Below, one piece after another: positions 50,718-63,279 of a stretch of DNA of 64,000 bases (within the stretch, counting starts at the first letter, position 1; each line of letters starts with the position of its first letter). The position numbers and the translations under genes are program-made. The notes below the pieces were generated by a model, which saw only the letters and a program-made list of their open reading frames with translations, did not search any database and was not told where the DNA came from. Source of the DNA: Isurus oxyrinchus (taxonomy: Eukaryota); the NCBI GenBank assembly GCA_026770705.1, contig JANJGN010000116.1:682001-746000 (forward strand). Direction: 5' to 3'.

Positions 50718-53249
50718 CTCGGGTTGGGGCAAAGCCGTTTGGAATTCCACTATCTTTTTTTTTAATGTGCTAGGCCCGTTTTAATTCTGAAATCTATTTT
50801 GGACTGTTGCCTTAAAGGGGGTGTGACTGGGGATTAGTTTTTTTAGGAACCTCAGTAGTTCCTCTGCCAAAAAGCAATTTGTAGTTTTATGGATGTAACT
50901 GAAATCTTTATATTGTCTTAAAATATAATTTAATTTAATTTTTGAAACCTCGAAAGGTGTTGGAGGACTTATTGCTTCTGAAATCAGTGCACCTGTCTCT
51001 TAATAAGTGCAAATTGCAAAACGGCTGTTGCAGCACAATCAAGTTTCCATAGGGGATTTACGTCGTCCGGCATACATCTTCTGCCATATTATATCACTTT
51101 CCAGGGGCATACTTAGTCTTTAACGTCTCTCTGTGCTCCTTGAAAACTTCCACTGTTCCTACTATGATATTGAAGAAGATGCTTTCCATTCCTTCCAGTC
51201 AAAATCACAACTCATCTGATAATCTTAACCTTTCCTTATTTCTGAACTCTGCCTCTATGTTTGCAGTCAGTATGATAATTATCACTGAATAGTTCTGCAC
51301 TGATCAATCTTCCACCTATCCAGCTTCATTTCCTAGGCCCAAGTCTCCATCGACTTTATGGGAACTTAGCTCTGCTCTGGGATATTGGACGTTTTCTAAC
51401 AGGTCGTGGAGAATTGGTCAGTACCTGGATCCCCTGTCATATGTATATACACTGCTTTGTTTCCGGTCACTAAATCTTCAGTTCTGGAATGTCTTGCAGT
51501 TCTGTCTCACTGTATTCTGACCCTTACTTTGCTGGGTACCTGGTCAGCTAATAATCTGTCAGTTACTTGATGTATGATTAGACACTGGCCATTTTGTCAG
51601 CTTGATTGTCATTAGATGTTCAGTTTCTGAATGATCCATCAAGTTATAGCCTGTCACCCAGCATCTTCCCCCAATCACCATTCAGCACTCTGCAATGTGA
51701 AACCAACACTTCCCTCTGGCAGTCTTGAACCTTCTCGCATCACCCTGGAACCTATAACACTAAAACGGGACATACCTTCCCTTCTCCTGATCCCACACAC
51801 GTTACTTTGCTCAAGCTCACACTCGCCCTGCTCAACCCCTTTTTGATGCCACCTCTACAGTCGCCCTCCATCACCCTCCCTACCAACATTGCAACTGAGA
51901 AAGAGATGCATATTTATCATCTCACCCTAAGTCATCTTTCTACACAATGTCACTGTAACCATATGCACTAAGAAATTAAACCCTCAGGTAGCATGCAGGA
52001 CCTCAGCACAGCGCTAACCAGTCCAGAACAGGCAATGACTCTTAACCACAAAGCACAAGCCCAAATCCAAAAATAAAACCATTGACGCCCTACCTTTAGA
52101 GAGCACGTTCCCCACTACCATTTGCAGGCCACGTTCTTCAGCCATTTACAGGCAAACCCCCAAAATTCCCTTCAGAGATTACCATCCAGGATTTCTTTTA
52201 AACACCACATTCGATGCCACCTCTTTTCTGAATTCCATTCAGACCCTCAGGTGCTTTTTAAGGATGCAACCCTCCGCACGCCTCCCCCAACTCCCTTTGT
52301 GTCTTTTTCCTATTCCTTGCCATCATACCATCAGCTGGGCCCAAGACCCAGGCACCTAACAAAGTTGGTTGAACGGTGTCTACACGATCAGTTTGGTTAG
52401 AGAGAGTTCTCTCTCACACCATGCACGACAGGTTGCCAGGCCTGGAATCCGAATGGTGAGAATGATACTGGTTAGGGCGTGAAGCCCACTATGCTCTCGT
52501 CTGATGCTAAGTTAATGAGCATTCGTGAGATGAAACATGTGTTCCCGACTTTAACCGTGGGAAATGGGGACCACATTTGAACTGCCTTGTATTCGGATGG
52601 GAAGAACCCGACCAGGTCTCCCAACGTCAGAAAAAAAAGTTTGTGTCCTCCCTCCACATCTACCACACACGGCCACCATATTCTCATTGCTGGAGGGTGT
52701 GTACGATTAAAAGAGGAATATTTTTAAAAGATGAAGTCAGTCCTGTGATTGAACATGTAATAACATAAAAGAGGTCGAGCATTAATGTATTGAATTGGGC
52801 ATTTACTGTGTGGTCAGTAAAATGCATTATGTGGCTGCGGAAGTGTGCAGTTTTGCAAAGATAAATTGAACATTGGATGATGCTGCCCTGGCACTGACTG
52901 TAATTGTTATATCATCTCAAAGGTAAATAGCTGCCTCTGCTACTTACAGATTCCGTTTAATTGAACTCAGCAATTTACACAGAAGTCTTACGATTCTTTA
53001 TTATCATGCAATAGGTTAGAAATATTTTATAGGTCTTGATTTACTCGCATTAACAATTCAATTAATTTTGTTTGATGATCAAACACGGTACAAAACTGCG
53101 AGATGTTCCTCACAATCCATGAAGATCAATTTTGGGAAGATGATGGTGTTCTAACTTGAGTAAAAATGATTCCAATTACTGGTCAACAGCTGTAAAACTT
53201 TAAATTCTTAGCACTTGGAGGCCGACTGGTTGATCTATCTCACCCTCGT

Positions 53250-54830
53250 GAGCATAACCCTTCATCGATGTCAGCCTTCAGCCAAACTGAGTCAGTCCAC
53301 GTGATAGCAAGAGATGGCTGAAGACATTGGACAATGCAGAGACCATGGTCCCTGAAAAAATTAGAGCAATAGTGCTGAAGAGCTGTTCTCCAAAACTTGC
53401 TACCCGCCTAGCCAAGCTGTTCCCGTACAGCTTCAATACTGGTATCTAGCCGGCCATGTGGAAAATTGTCCTGGTATATCCTCCAAGCAAATGTAAGGAC
53501 GAATACAACACGTCCAGTTGCCGGTCTTTGATGGGGCTACTCGGTCCAAGCAAACTAATGCAAAGCATCTTCAACACATTTACTTTTGATTTACTCAGCA
53601 ATAAGCTCCTCCATAACTCTCAGTTTGGGTTCCGCCAGGATCACTCTGCCCCTCACTTCATCACGCTCTTTAACTGGAGCATGGACAAATGACCAAACCT
53701 CCCGAGATGAGATGAAAGTGGACGCCCTTGACATCAAGGCAACAATAGACCAAATGTCGCAACAAGGATCCCAGCAAAACTGATGTCATTGGGAATCATG
53801 GGGAAAGCTCTCCACTGGTTAACTTCCTACCTGGTACAAAGGAACGATGCTGTGGTAGTTAGTGGTCAATCATTTCAGTTCCAGGATATCACTGCAGTAG
53901 TTCTCATGGAGGGTCAACCACCTTCAGCTGCTTTATCATGAACTGCCTTCCACCAAAAGACCCGAAGGGGTGATGTTCATCGATAGCTGCACAATGTTCA
54001 GCACCTTTCGGGAGTCCTTAGTAACCGAAGCAGATAAATTACAAAATACATAGAGACCTCGACATTACCCAGGACTACGCTGACTGTTAGGGGAAACACA
54101 TCACATCACCGAAGGCAGTCTCCAATAAGAGAAAGTGCAAGCATGGCCCCTTGACTTTTATAAGCATTGCCATCGCTGAATCCCTCGTTATTAACAGCCT
54201 GAGAGATAATAATGGCCAGAGACTGATCTACGTCAGCTGTATATATAAAAAAAATATGGCTACGAGTGCAGTTCATAGGCCAGGAAAACTGCAACTATTA
54301 ACATACCTCCCTACAACCTAAAGCCTGTCAATAATTCTCAAGCCAGGTGTGTGATGGAAACTCCTCAGTCGCCTGGAGGAGAGCAGCTCCAACAACGTTC
54401 TAGAAGATTTAGACCCTCTCTACCACCATCTACATCTACCCCCTGCACCAACTATGCACAGTAGAAACAGTGTGTATCATCCACAAGAATCATTGCAGAA
54501 ACAAACCAGGGCTCCCTCTACAGCACATTTTAAATCAAGTACCTCTACCAACTCGAACGACAATGGCAGCAGATATGGGGGAACATCATCACGTGGATTT
54601 TACATCCGATCAATGTACCATCCTGATTTCATAATAGTCCCCCTTCCTGTCACTATCAAAGGTTGAAATCCTGAGATCTGCCTTCCTAACAGCACTGTTG
54701 GTGTACCTCCACCACATGGACTGCCGCAGTTGAAGGAGGCAGCTCACCATCATGTTCATAAAAGCAACTAATGAATGGAAATAATTGTTGGTTCAGCCAT
54801 CAAGCACCAAATCCCATGAAAGTGTAACAA
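53250..54830 (+). mobile_element. Second LINE family, degenerate RT to 3' tail
   Basis: LAKLFPYSFNTGI, SQFGFRQDHSAP, ALDIKAT and a tail ggactgccgcagttgaaggaggcagctcaccatc. Confidence 0.85.
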
Positions 54831-55905
54831 CAAATAATAACTCATCATCAATATATCTTCTTCAAGCCAGAAATTATACATAAACAAATTTTGAAAGATA
54901 CGCCAACCAGAGAACGTTATCACTGTAATAATTATTCAAAGGAATAGCTGAGTTGAATTGCTCGGCCTGACAGTAATGATGTGAAGTGGGAGCTGATTGA
55001 TTTACATATTTAAGATTATTTGCGTCACTTCATGTAATCAGTTCATTCCACAGACTTATTCACCCTTTATCAGCTGTGGCCTCAGTATCCCACACATGGA
55101 AACACCGTTATCTGCAACGAGAGAATCAGGCACGAAATCTAAAGCTTCAGAAATACACAAAATGTTGTTTCCTTCTCAGCCCAGTTTTGTATCGCCCCAC
55201 CCCAACCGTCCCCCACAAAACCGCACCCCAAAAGCACCACCCCCCACCCTATCCCCCGGACAGAGACTTATCTCCACCTCCTTATGTCCAAAAGATGCAG
55301 ATGTAAATGTCAATGTTAAACTATTGGTTAAAAAATGATCATATTTGCCTGGGCTATTTCGTACACAATCTGTCTTCTTGCCTAGATGAGTGCAGCCCCA
55401 ACAACAGTGAAAGTGAAACAAAACATTTCATAATAAAGATGGATAATTATTGAATAAATGTCATGATTCTGAATGCAGGACTGTGGGTCACAGCCAATAG
55501 AGGTATAAGAGGACAGGGAAGTGGATTCCTGAATTAAAATTTTAGAGATCTGGAAACAGCTGATAAAAATGTATTTCCAGGAGAGCTTGGCTTTTTGAGT
55601 CAATATAACTCAGTTGGTCTTTTTTATACTGAATGAATGATATATATATATATGAAGATGAAATTCGTCATGGCAAATACCCTGGGTTCTATGGCAGACT
55701 ACATCTTGAGATTAGTGACAGTCAGGCCTGGGTACAGACGGAAGGCACAACAGAGCGAGAGCGATTACTGTAAAGTAAGATTTAGATCCCACAGTTTGGA
55801 AAGAGGAATTGCACACCTGATACCAGGAACGGTGAAGAGATGGTTCATTTCCATTTAATGTGTAGGGTAGTGGCGGTGGTGCTTTTGGTGGTGGTGGAAA
55901 CTTAA

Positions 55906-56360
55906 GGTGCAGCACAGGGTTAAATATAAAGTAATCCTATTTCTACATTGTCTCCAACAAACGCTTGCATTAGAATTACAGCACTGGGTTAGATGGAGTA
56001 CAAGTATCTCTCTACACTGTCCACTCAAAGGCACGCTACACAGATACGGCATGGGGTTAGATACTGATTAAAGCGCCATGTACACTGTGTTGAACAAACA
56101 AACCTTCATAGGTGCAACACAGTGTTAGATAGAGGGTAACACTCCCCCTATAATGTCCACATATAACACTCCCTCTACAAAAGCAATACTTGTTTAGATG
56201 TAGACTTGTCTTTCCTCTGCAATTTCTGCATTCAATGCTCCTTCATCAGGTACAGCATGGGATTACATACAGGATACATTTTCGTCTAAATTGTCACAAT
56301 CAAACAATCACAGGGGAGGTGCAGCATTGAGCCAGATGCAGAATAAAACTTTCGCTCCTC
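55906..56360. repeat. Degenerate ~68-bp tandem repeat, about 7 copies
   Basis: Anchor ggt(a/g)cagca...gttagata recurs at about 55906, 55976, 56043, 56111, 56179, 56249 and 56318. Confidence 0.85.
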
Positions 56361-56361
56361 A

Positions 56362-56640
56362 GATTGCGGTCTCCTCTTCATGTTGGTGATCAAATTGGAA
56401 TAGTTGACTATTCATGGAACACATGTGGTCTGTCAGAAAACATGACCTAGGTCTTCTTTTCGCTTACCATGTCAACACATCATCCTACTCCCATGCCTAC
56501 ATGTCCGTGCTTGGCCTGCTGCAATGTTCCAGTCTAGTCCAACGCAAAGTTCCAATTCAGCTCTTTGCAGTTTTCCAAAATTAACAATGACTTAAACAAC
56601 TTTGGACCATGAGCACACTCCTCCACTTTAACACCATTTA
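56362..56640 (+). mobile_element. Penelope-like GIY-YIG endonuclease fragment
   Basis: Degenerate CGLL.....EHMWSVRKHDLGLLFAYHVN and HAYMSVLGLLQC. Confidence 0.7.
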
Positions 56641-56879
56641 AAATCCCTTTGTTTTTATATTTATAAATTTTATACTATAGCTGTTTTCACTTTCTTCCAT
56701 TCATTGTCTTATCCTGTTTTCTCCCTTTTTATCCACCTTTGTATGTTTTCATTCACACAACCTTCACACGCCTCCTCCAGCACTGCCATATGTCAATGTT
56801 TCTAAGTTGTTTTTTGACAGAATTCTGAAGCTGCTTCTCCTATTCATACATTCTACTTTTTCGGCTGGATGCCAGTATG

Positions 56880-59800
56880 TGCACCTTCCTTAGCCTTCAC
56901 GAGTCACCAGATGGCTGCAGGGCATTCCAAAGAGCAAACTGAACAGGCAGATGTCGTGGTCCATGTTTGGACTATTGATACGGGAAGAAATGTTTTCCTG
57001 GAAGCACATTTTATGGAGTTAGGTAGCAAATTGGAAAGCAGGACTTCAAAGTTATTAATCTCCAGAGTCTTCCTGGTGCTACACAGCACTGAAAATAGGA
57101 ATAGATGGAAAGGAAAGAGTAATACGTGGCTTGACAGCTGATGCAGGAGGGACAGATTTGGATTCCGGGGGCATCGAGAACGCTTCTGTGGGGGGTGGGG
57201 CCTAATCAAATTAGACGGGGTATATCTGAACAGGAACGGGTACAAAATTGTTGCAGCGAGAATTTCCAATGCCCTTGGGACAGATGTAAACTAAATTCTC
57301 AGGGTAAAACAATCCTGAAACGGAGTTCTAATGCGGGAGCAGCTTAGAAGGATCTAGAATTTTAAATGTGAGTAAGTGTTTCTCGAAGGTAGAGGATATT
57401 GGCTAGATACCAATTAAGTATGTTTTGCAAGGCTAAACAGAATGTATGCTTTATGCAAGCAGTTCGAGGTAAAAAGCCAGAGGATCCGAGGGCACAGATA
57501 GGCACTTCGATGTCAATGCTATTACTGAGAATTGGCTAAAAGAAGAGCAGGATTGGAAACTCAACAATCCTGGCAAATGGACATTCAGACAAGGTAGTGA
57601 GGGGCATAGCAGTGGAGGCGGGGTCGCAATATCGATCAAGGAATCAATTATAGCAGCAAAGAGGGATGTTATTTTGGAAGGGCCCTCAAATGAGGCCATA
57701 TGGGTAGAAGTAAAAAGCACAAAAGGTGCAAACACGCTGTTGGGTGTGTGCCATAAGCTCCCAAATGAGTCAAGGGAGAGGTAAAGGATTAACTATTCAA
57801 TCAAACTTCAGAGAAGTGTAAGAATAATAGTCCAGTGGTAGTAGGAAATTTTACCTGCACAATTGTCTATTAACTGGAATAGTATTATCGTGCAAGGTGG
57901 GGCAAGAGAATTCTTTTTAAATTACACCCAGGAGAACTTTTCTGGTAAATATGTAGACAATCCAAGAAGGGACCGATCAGTTTTGGATCAAATATTCGTA
58001 AATGAGCTTGGTCAGGTAGAAGCCGTATCAGTGGGGGAACATGTTGGCAAAAATGACCATAAATTTGTCAAATTTAAAGGAGTTATTGAAAAGGAGAGGT
58101 TTCGCCTTGGAATAAAAGTTCTATAGTGGGGAAGGCTAATTTTGATACGATGGGGTTCGATTTGGCCCAAGTGGACGGTGAGCACCTAATAGGAGATAAA
58201 AATGTGTCAGGGCAGTTGCTTGGAATTCAAGCAGGAAATAGCGAGAGAACAGGGCCAATAGGTTTCCGTAATGACAAGCTCCATGTCAAGGGACGTACAG
58301 GGTTAGGATTGAGAAATGAAAGAGAAGCTTAAGCCAGATACCAATGGCTGAATATGACAGTCCCCCTAGAGGAACTCAAAAATTGCAAGGGGTAACTTAG
58401 TATTGAGCGTTAGATTAAAAGAAATAAAGGGTTATTTAGTTTTTTTAGTTTAAAAAGAGCATTAAAATAATGGGAGAAAGAATAGGATCATCAAGGAACG
58501 TAGAGGTTATCTGTGTGGTCACAAAAGATGTCGTTACAGTTTTCACCTAATAGTCTGTGATTTTTTTTTCGCAATGGAAAAGAACGACGCAGTATCTGCA
58601 TCAAAGTAGAGAGCTGTGAAATTTTGGACGAAATTAACATAGACAGAGAGGAGGTACTAGCAGGTTAGCGGACGTAAAAGTGGCGCAATACGCTCGTCCG
58701 GATGAAATGTATCTCCTGCTCGTGAGGGAGGCAAGGGAGGTAAACAAGGGGCTCTTTAAATAATTTTCAAATCTTCATTATCTACAGAACCGGAGGGCTG
58801 TTAAAGTTAACCGATTATTTTAAAACTAAGAAAGGTTTAGACCAGCAAATTAAAGGCTAATCAGTACAGCCTCGGAGATGGGAAAGTTACTAGGAAGAAT
58901 TATGTGGGGTAGTATGCAAATGCACTTGAGAGAAACGAATTAATCCAGAATAGTCAGCATAGATTTGTTAAGGGAATGTCCTATTTGATATTGTTCTTTT
59001 TTGAAGAGGCAACTTGGAGAGTTGATGAGTGTAATACAATTGATGTGCTCGAAATGGGATTTAGCAAGGCTTTTGATGTGGCCCCTCATGGAAGATGGGT
59101 CAAGTAGGAAAAAACCCATGGGAACCAAGGAAAATGGCAAGATACAAAATTGGCTGAGAGGCAAGAAGCAGCGCTTGATGGCAGAGGGTTGTTTCTGTGA
59201 CTGAAAGTCGTTCTCCAGTGCGGTTTCACAAGGCCTAGTGCCGGTCCCCTTGCTGTTTGCGGTGTTCATACATGAATTGGAGTTAAATTTAGGAGAAGTG
59301 AACAAGATGATTGTGGATGGAACGAAAATTGTTGGGTGGTAAATACTGAGGAGAATTACGGTGAAATCTAAGAGTTTATCAATGGTTTTGGCAGATGGGC
59401 AGAGTAGTGGCAAATGGAATTCAACCATCAAAGGTGTGTGTTAACGGGCTTGCTAATGGCTCACAATGCAATGGACTATGAACAGTAGGACCCTGGCAAG
59501 TACTGAAGATCCGTGGAACCTTGGTGTGCATCTCCACAGATCCATGAGGGTAGCACGGCAGGAGCATAAGTTTGTTAAGAAGCCTTTAGTAGCTGAAGCT
59601 CAGAGTACAATAGTGGAGAGGTTATGCTGGAGCTGTACAAAATTCTGTTTGGCTTACAAGTGCAGTCCTTGTCATCACATTAAAAACAGAATTTGATAGA
59701 ACAGGTGAGGGTGCAGAGGGGATATATGAGGATGCTACTTGGACTGGAGGGTCTGGGCAATGATGAAACATTCACTAGGCTGGTGTTGTTTTTCAGGGAG

Positions 59801-60190
59801 CAGCGAATGTTCAGAGGGGACCTGATAGAGGTGTATAAGATTATGAGGGTTATTGTAAGGGTGGCTGGAGAGGCGCTTTTCCCCTTAGTAGATGGGTGAA
59901 TTAACAGGGTCCATATATTTAGTTGAAGATGTAGAAGGCTAAGCGGGAAACTGAGGAGAATTTCTTTCAAGCTGAGGGTGGTGCGAATCTGGAATGCTCT
60001 GCCTGAAAAGGTGGCTGATTCAACATGTCTCAACATTGAAGAAGTATTTAGATATTCACTATTGTTACCATTGCCTCTAGGTCTATGAGCCAATCGCTGC
60101 TAAATAGAATGAGCATAGTCAGGCCTTTGCTGATGGCCACAGAAATGAAAGGAGCAAATTATCTTTAACTCTGTTGAAAAGTCTATGAGT
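56880..60190 (+). mobile_element. Near-full-length degenerate CR1 LINE (ORF1 esterase, ORF2 APE and RT, 3' UTR)
   Basis: ORF1 EQADVVVHVWTIDTGR...LGSKLESRTSKLLIS (SGNH-esterase-like); APE AITENWL, GGGVA, SVLDQIFVNE, HVGKNDH; RT KIQNWLRGKKQR and RGDLIEVYKIM. Confidence 0.92.
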
Positions 60191-61714
60191 CGATGAGTTA
60201 TCCTATAGCCACTCAGCCAGGATTGTCGTTCTCCAATTCACTGCACCCCACTATTTAGTCAGTCATTCCAGTCAATGTCGCTGTCCGTTTTTCTCCTTAC
60301 CTCAGGGTTATCTTGAATGAAATGCTTTCTGAAGTGTTTCCTGTCTCACAGACTTAAATAACAACAGAGAAAGCGATTGCCATCTCGTATATTTAGGGAT
60401 GACTTACCTAGAGTTTTTTGAGGGTGAGGAGCATTGGGCTGTGTACAAAGGATGCTATCTACAATCAGTTCTTCAGTAAGATTCATTGTGTCTGCCTCAC
60501 CACAGTTACAGTGCAGGAGAGGCTGCAGGTAAGTTGTGGACCTCAAGACCGCACGAGCTGCAGTTGTCATTAGACATGTGCCCTCCTCCCATCACGAACC
60601 AATCCTCAGAAGCATCTACCTTCATGTCTATAAATGGTTGGGGGATAAAGCTGCTGTCAGATTCCAAAAAACAAATGAAGGGCCACATCCCCCACCTCAC
60701 CAAACCATATCGTTTGTCTAATGTGTGATTGGAACTAAACCCCAGGAATTATTGAAATAAGGCAACACACATTTATAGAGCCGCTTCACATTTCAGAATT
60801 TAATTCCAAATCATTGTCGACGTTCCACAGTCAAATAATTAATTACATTAAAATGTATCGTGCATAAAAAGCTGCAGACGAATTTCTAACAGCAAGATCC
60901 CACAAGCTGTATCACGTTGCCAAATTGGAGGCACCCTCCATATTGGCAACAGATAATTTGTGCCATTCAGCGTTTCTCCTTACATTTGTTCCTCCCTCTG
61001 TCCCTCTCTCTCTCACTGTTTCCATCAATGACTTCTCTCTGCTTTTTTTCTGTCCATCTCTCTGCCTCCCTCTTGTTGTTTCATGATTATTTTCCAATTT
61101 GACTCTCTCCCTCCCTCCACCTGTCTCCATTTCTTGGGCTCTGCCTTTCACACTATATCTTCAAACTCTCTCTACGTCCATATCCCTGTTTCCTCAATCC
61201 ATCATCTTTATCTTTCTCTCCCTTACTCTCTTTCGCTTCATCTGAATGAGCTCACTCTGTCTGACGTGACACCCCAATGCTCTTTGGGATTTGTCATCTT
61301 GGTTTCCAACAGAATTATTTCTATCCAATTATTGTGATGGATCGCGATTATGTGCTAGCAGCTCGCCTAAAGGTAGAGAAGGTCTGTGAGTGGTTGTGTT
61401 TTGCATCGAATCAGTGATTGATAGCAATGAGGAATAGCCAATGGAATGCAGAGGTGGAGGGAATTCTTATCCTTTCTAGTCAATAAGAGATAGCAATGAT
61501 GGACAGACAGTCCAGCCAATAGGAAAGCAGTGATGCTAGGGCTGTATTTTTCTGACATATCAGGAAGGGGTAGTAATTATGTTCAATCAGCCTGGCCAAT
61601 GGGAGTTCAATGACGTTTGGCGTTGTGTCTCTTTTTCTGTTCAGTCAGTAAGGATTAACCACGATGGAGAGGCAGCTCAGACAATAGCAACACCCAGTAA
61701 TTGAGTTATTCTTA

Positions 61715-62613
61715 TCAGTGAGTTAACTGAAGTATTAAGGTTAAGGGATATTTCAACACATTCTTCAAGTGTTGTCTGAACGGAGTCTGTGTTGTAGCGT
61801 AAATTGCAGTGTTAGTGCAGCAGCTCAGGAGCTGCAGCATGAAGCCCAATTCTTGAAGAAACCAATGCAACTGAAAAGAAACAAAGCCCAAATTCCACAG
61901 CCGCCTCCACACAGAATAGGCCATTAAAGTTGACCATAACAGTACGAAATTGGCTGATATCACAAACAGTAAAAAAATGGATTTCCTTCGGCTCTGCATC
62001 TCAGGGTCTCTGGGACTCTCCACATTATTGTAAGCCCGGAGTCTCCTGCGGGCTCTGCTGCTCACTACAATGTGCCTGATGGTGAGAATATTGAACAGCA
62101 GAATCAGGGCAAATGGGACACATGGGGTTAAAATGTGGTGGCGGAATTCGATTGTTATCCAGAATGGAGAGATTTGAACATCGCTTTTGACTTTGCAAAA
62201 CCAGGGGGCGTTCGTCAGCCAATACTGACCTGTTAACATAAAATACCAGAAAATGTTCTTTAAACAGCTCAGCACAGTAACTGCCCCCACGACCACAGAC
62301 GCTGTTTTCTCGCTGCAAAAAAGTCTTTTCAGCTTTGCAGAACAAATGACCACAAATCGATCTAAGGTGAACGTGACAGTGTACCAGACAGAGCAGTCAG
62401 TGGCTGAATAAAGCAGGACGGCGTGGATATTACACACGGGGATGGCAACCAGGAAGTAAAAGTGTTCTCCAAAAACAATCGGAATGTGTCTCAATATCAG
62501 GTCCAGGATGACGACCAATAGATCAGCCACTGCCATGGCCACCAAGTAACAAGTGACACATTTGGATAGACCACAGTTTTTACATTTGAGGATCACAATT
62601 GTGATTAAGTTCG
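61715..62613 (-). CDS. Exon 2 (late TM1 to C-terminus) of a GPR139/GPR142-like class A orphan GPCR, open frame; exon 1 not found in the window
   Basis: Acceptor tttccacctttctcaCAG|CG AAC TTA ATC (phase 1). Motifs YLVAMAVADLLV (TM2), Cys at the top of TM3, SVWYTVTFTLDRFVVIC, PFALILLFN (TM5), DPEMQSRRKSIFLL and LSCCTNTAIY (TM7). No stops or frameshifts in about 298 codons. Confidence 0.93.
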
Positions 62614-63279
62614 CTGTGAGAAAGGTGGAAATAAAGTGACATATTAGACTGGGAAAGAAGATGCAAGTTTGGTTCAGTATTTGTTGTCAGCTTCAAATGA
62701 TAAACTGCTTGTTGTGATGTATTGTATAAAATGGACACGATAAAACTTCAGAGAAGGTCGGTGATACAGTGGAAGGAAGCAGAAAAATAAACAGAATAAT
62801 CCAGTTAAGGAGCGAGGAAAAGCATGAATGACGGGTGAGTCAGAAGTAACGTGCGGAAAAAACGGTTATTGGGATCGATGGGATAACTGGAGGATGCAGC
62901 AGTGATGGGAAAATTCACGAGTGGCAGTGAGCCGGGGGTGACCAGACCCAGGAAAGATATTTGTTTTTTAAATCTCAATTTCTCTCTTCTCAACTAACTG
63001 CACTAATATGTATTCCTGGCAAGGATTAGTTGACCCCTCCATTGCTGTGATGTTTTAGGAACAGTCGCAAAACATGCTTTCTTGTAAAGTTAAAAATCAT
63101 ATCAAGGGTTAAACAATTCTTCAGCACACAATTAGAAAGGCAAAAGATTAGAAACATTACTCCATAGAAACACAGATGCATATAAGAAAATAAACTTTTT
63201 AGAAATGTAACATGTACTCAGCACACTAGAAGAAAATAAATCAGAAGCCAGACCCATTTTTACAGAAGTACAATCAGAG

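Larger units (their letters stand above)
44355..51096 (+). mobile_element. Degenerate Ty3/Gypsy LTR retrotransposon, Gmr1-type domain order (gag-PR-INT-RT-RH)
   Basis: 5' LTR about 44355-45268. gag FKFVQNLPNFEDGEVE (~46083) and knuckle HCNKFGH (~46760); protease ILRDTG (~47089); integrase GLHRDV...SCHTWQ, DCAGQLPKAKSGNLFLLTIMD, MQSDQRSKFMS (47860-48430); RT MPFGMKNAPASFQ (49421); RNase H FKLAVDA and TIEKE (49900-50100). Partial 3' LTR about 50718-51096. Confidence 0.9.

Noticed and set aside
50313-50765. 150-aa reverse transcriptase ORF as a domesticated or retron-like gene
   Set aside because: It is a truncated CR1 RT piece with a degenerate catalytic motif (VTEDTK for FADDTK).
39625-62613. 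Joining the exon 1 at 39.6 kb to the exon 2 at 62 kb
   Set aside because: Both are on the minus strand but in the wrong order; that exon 1 lies downstream of exon 2.
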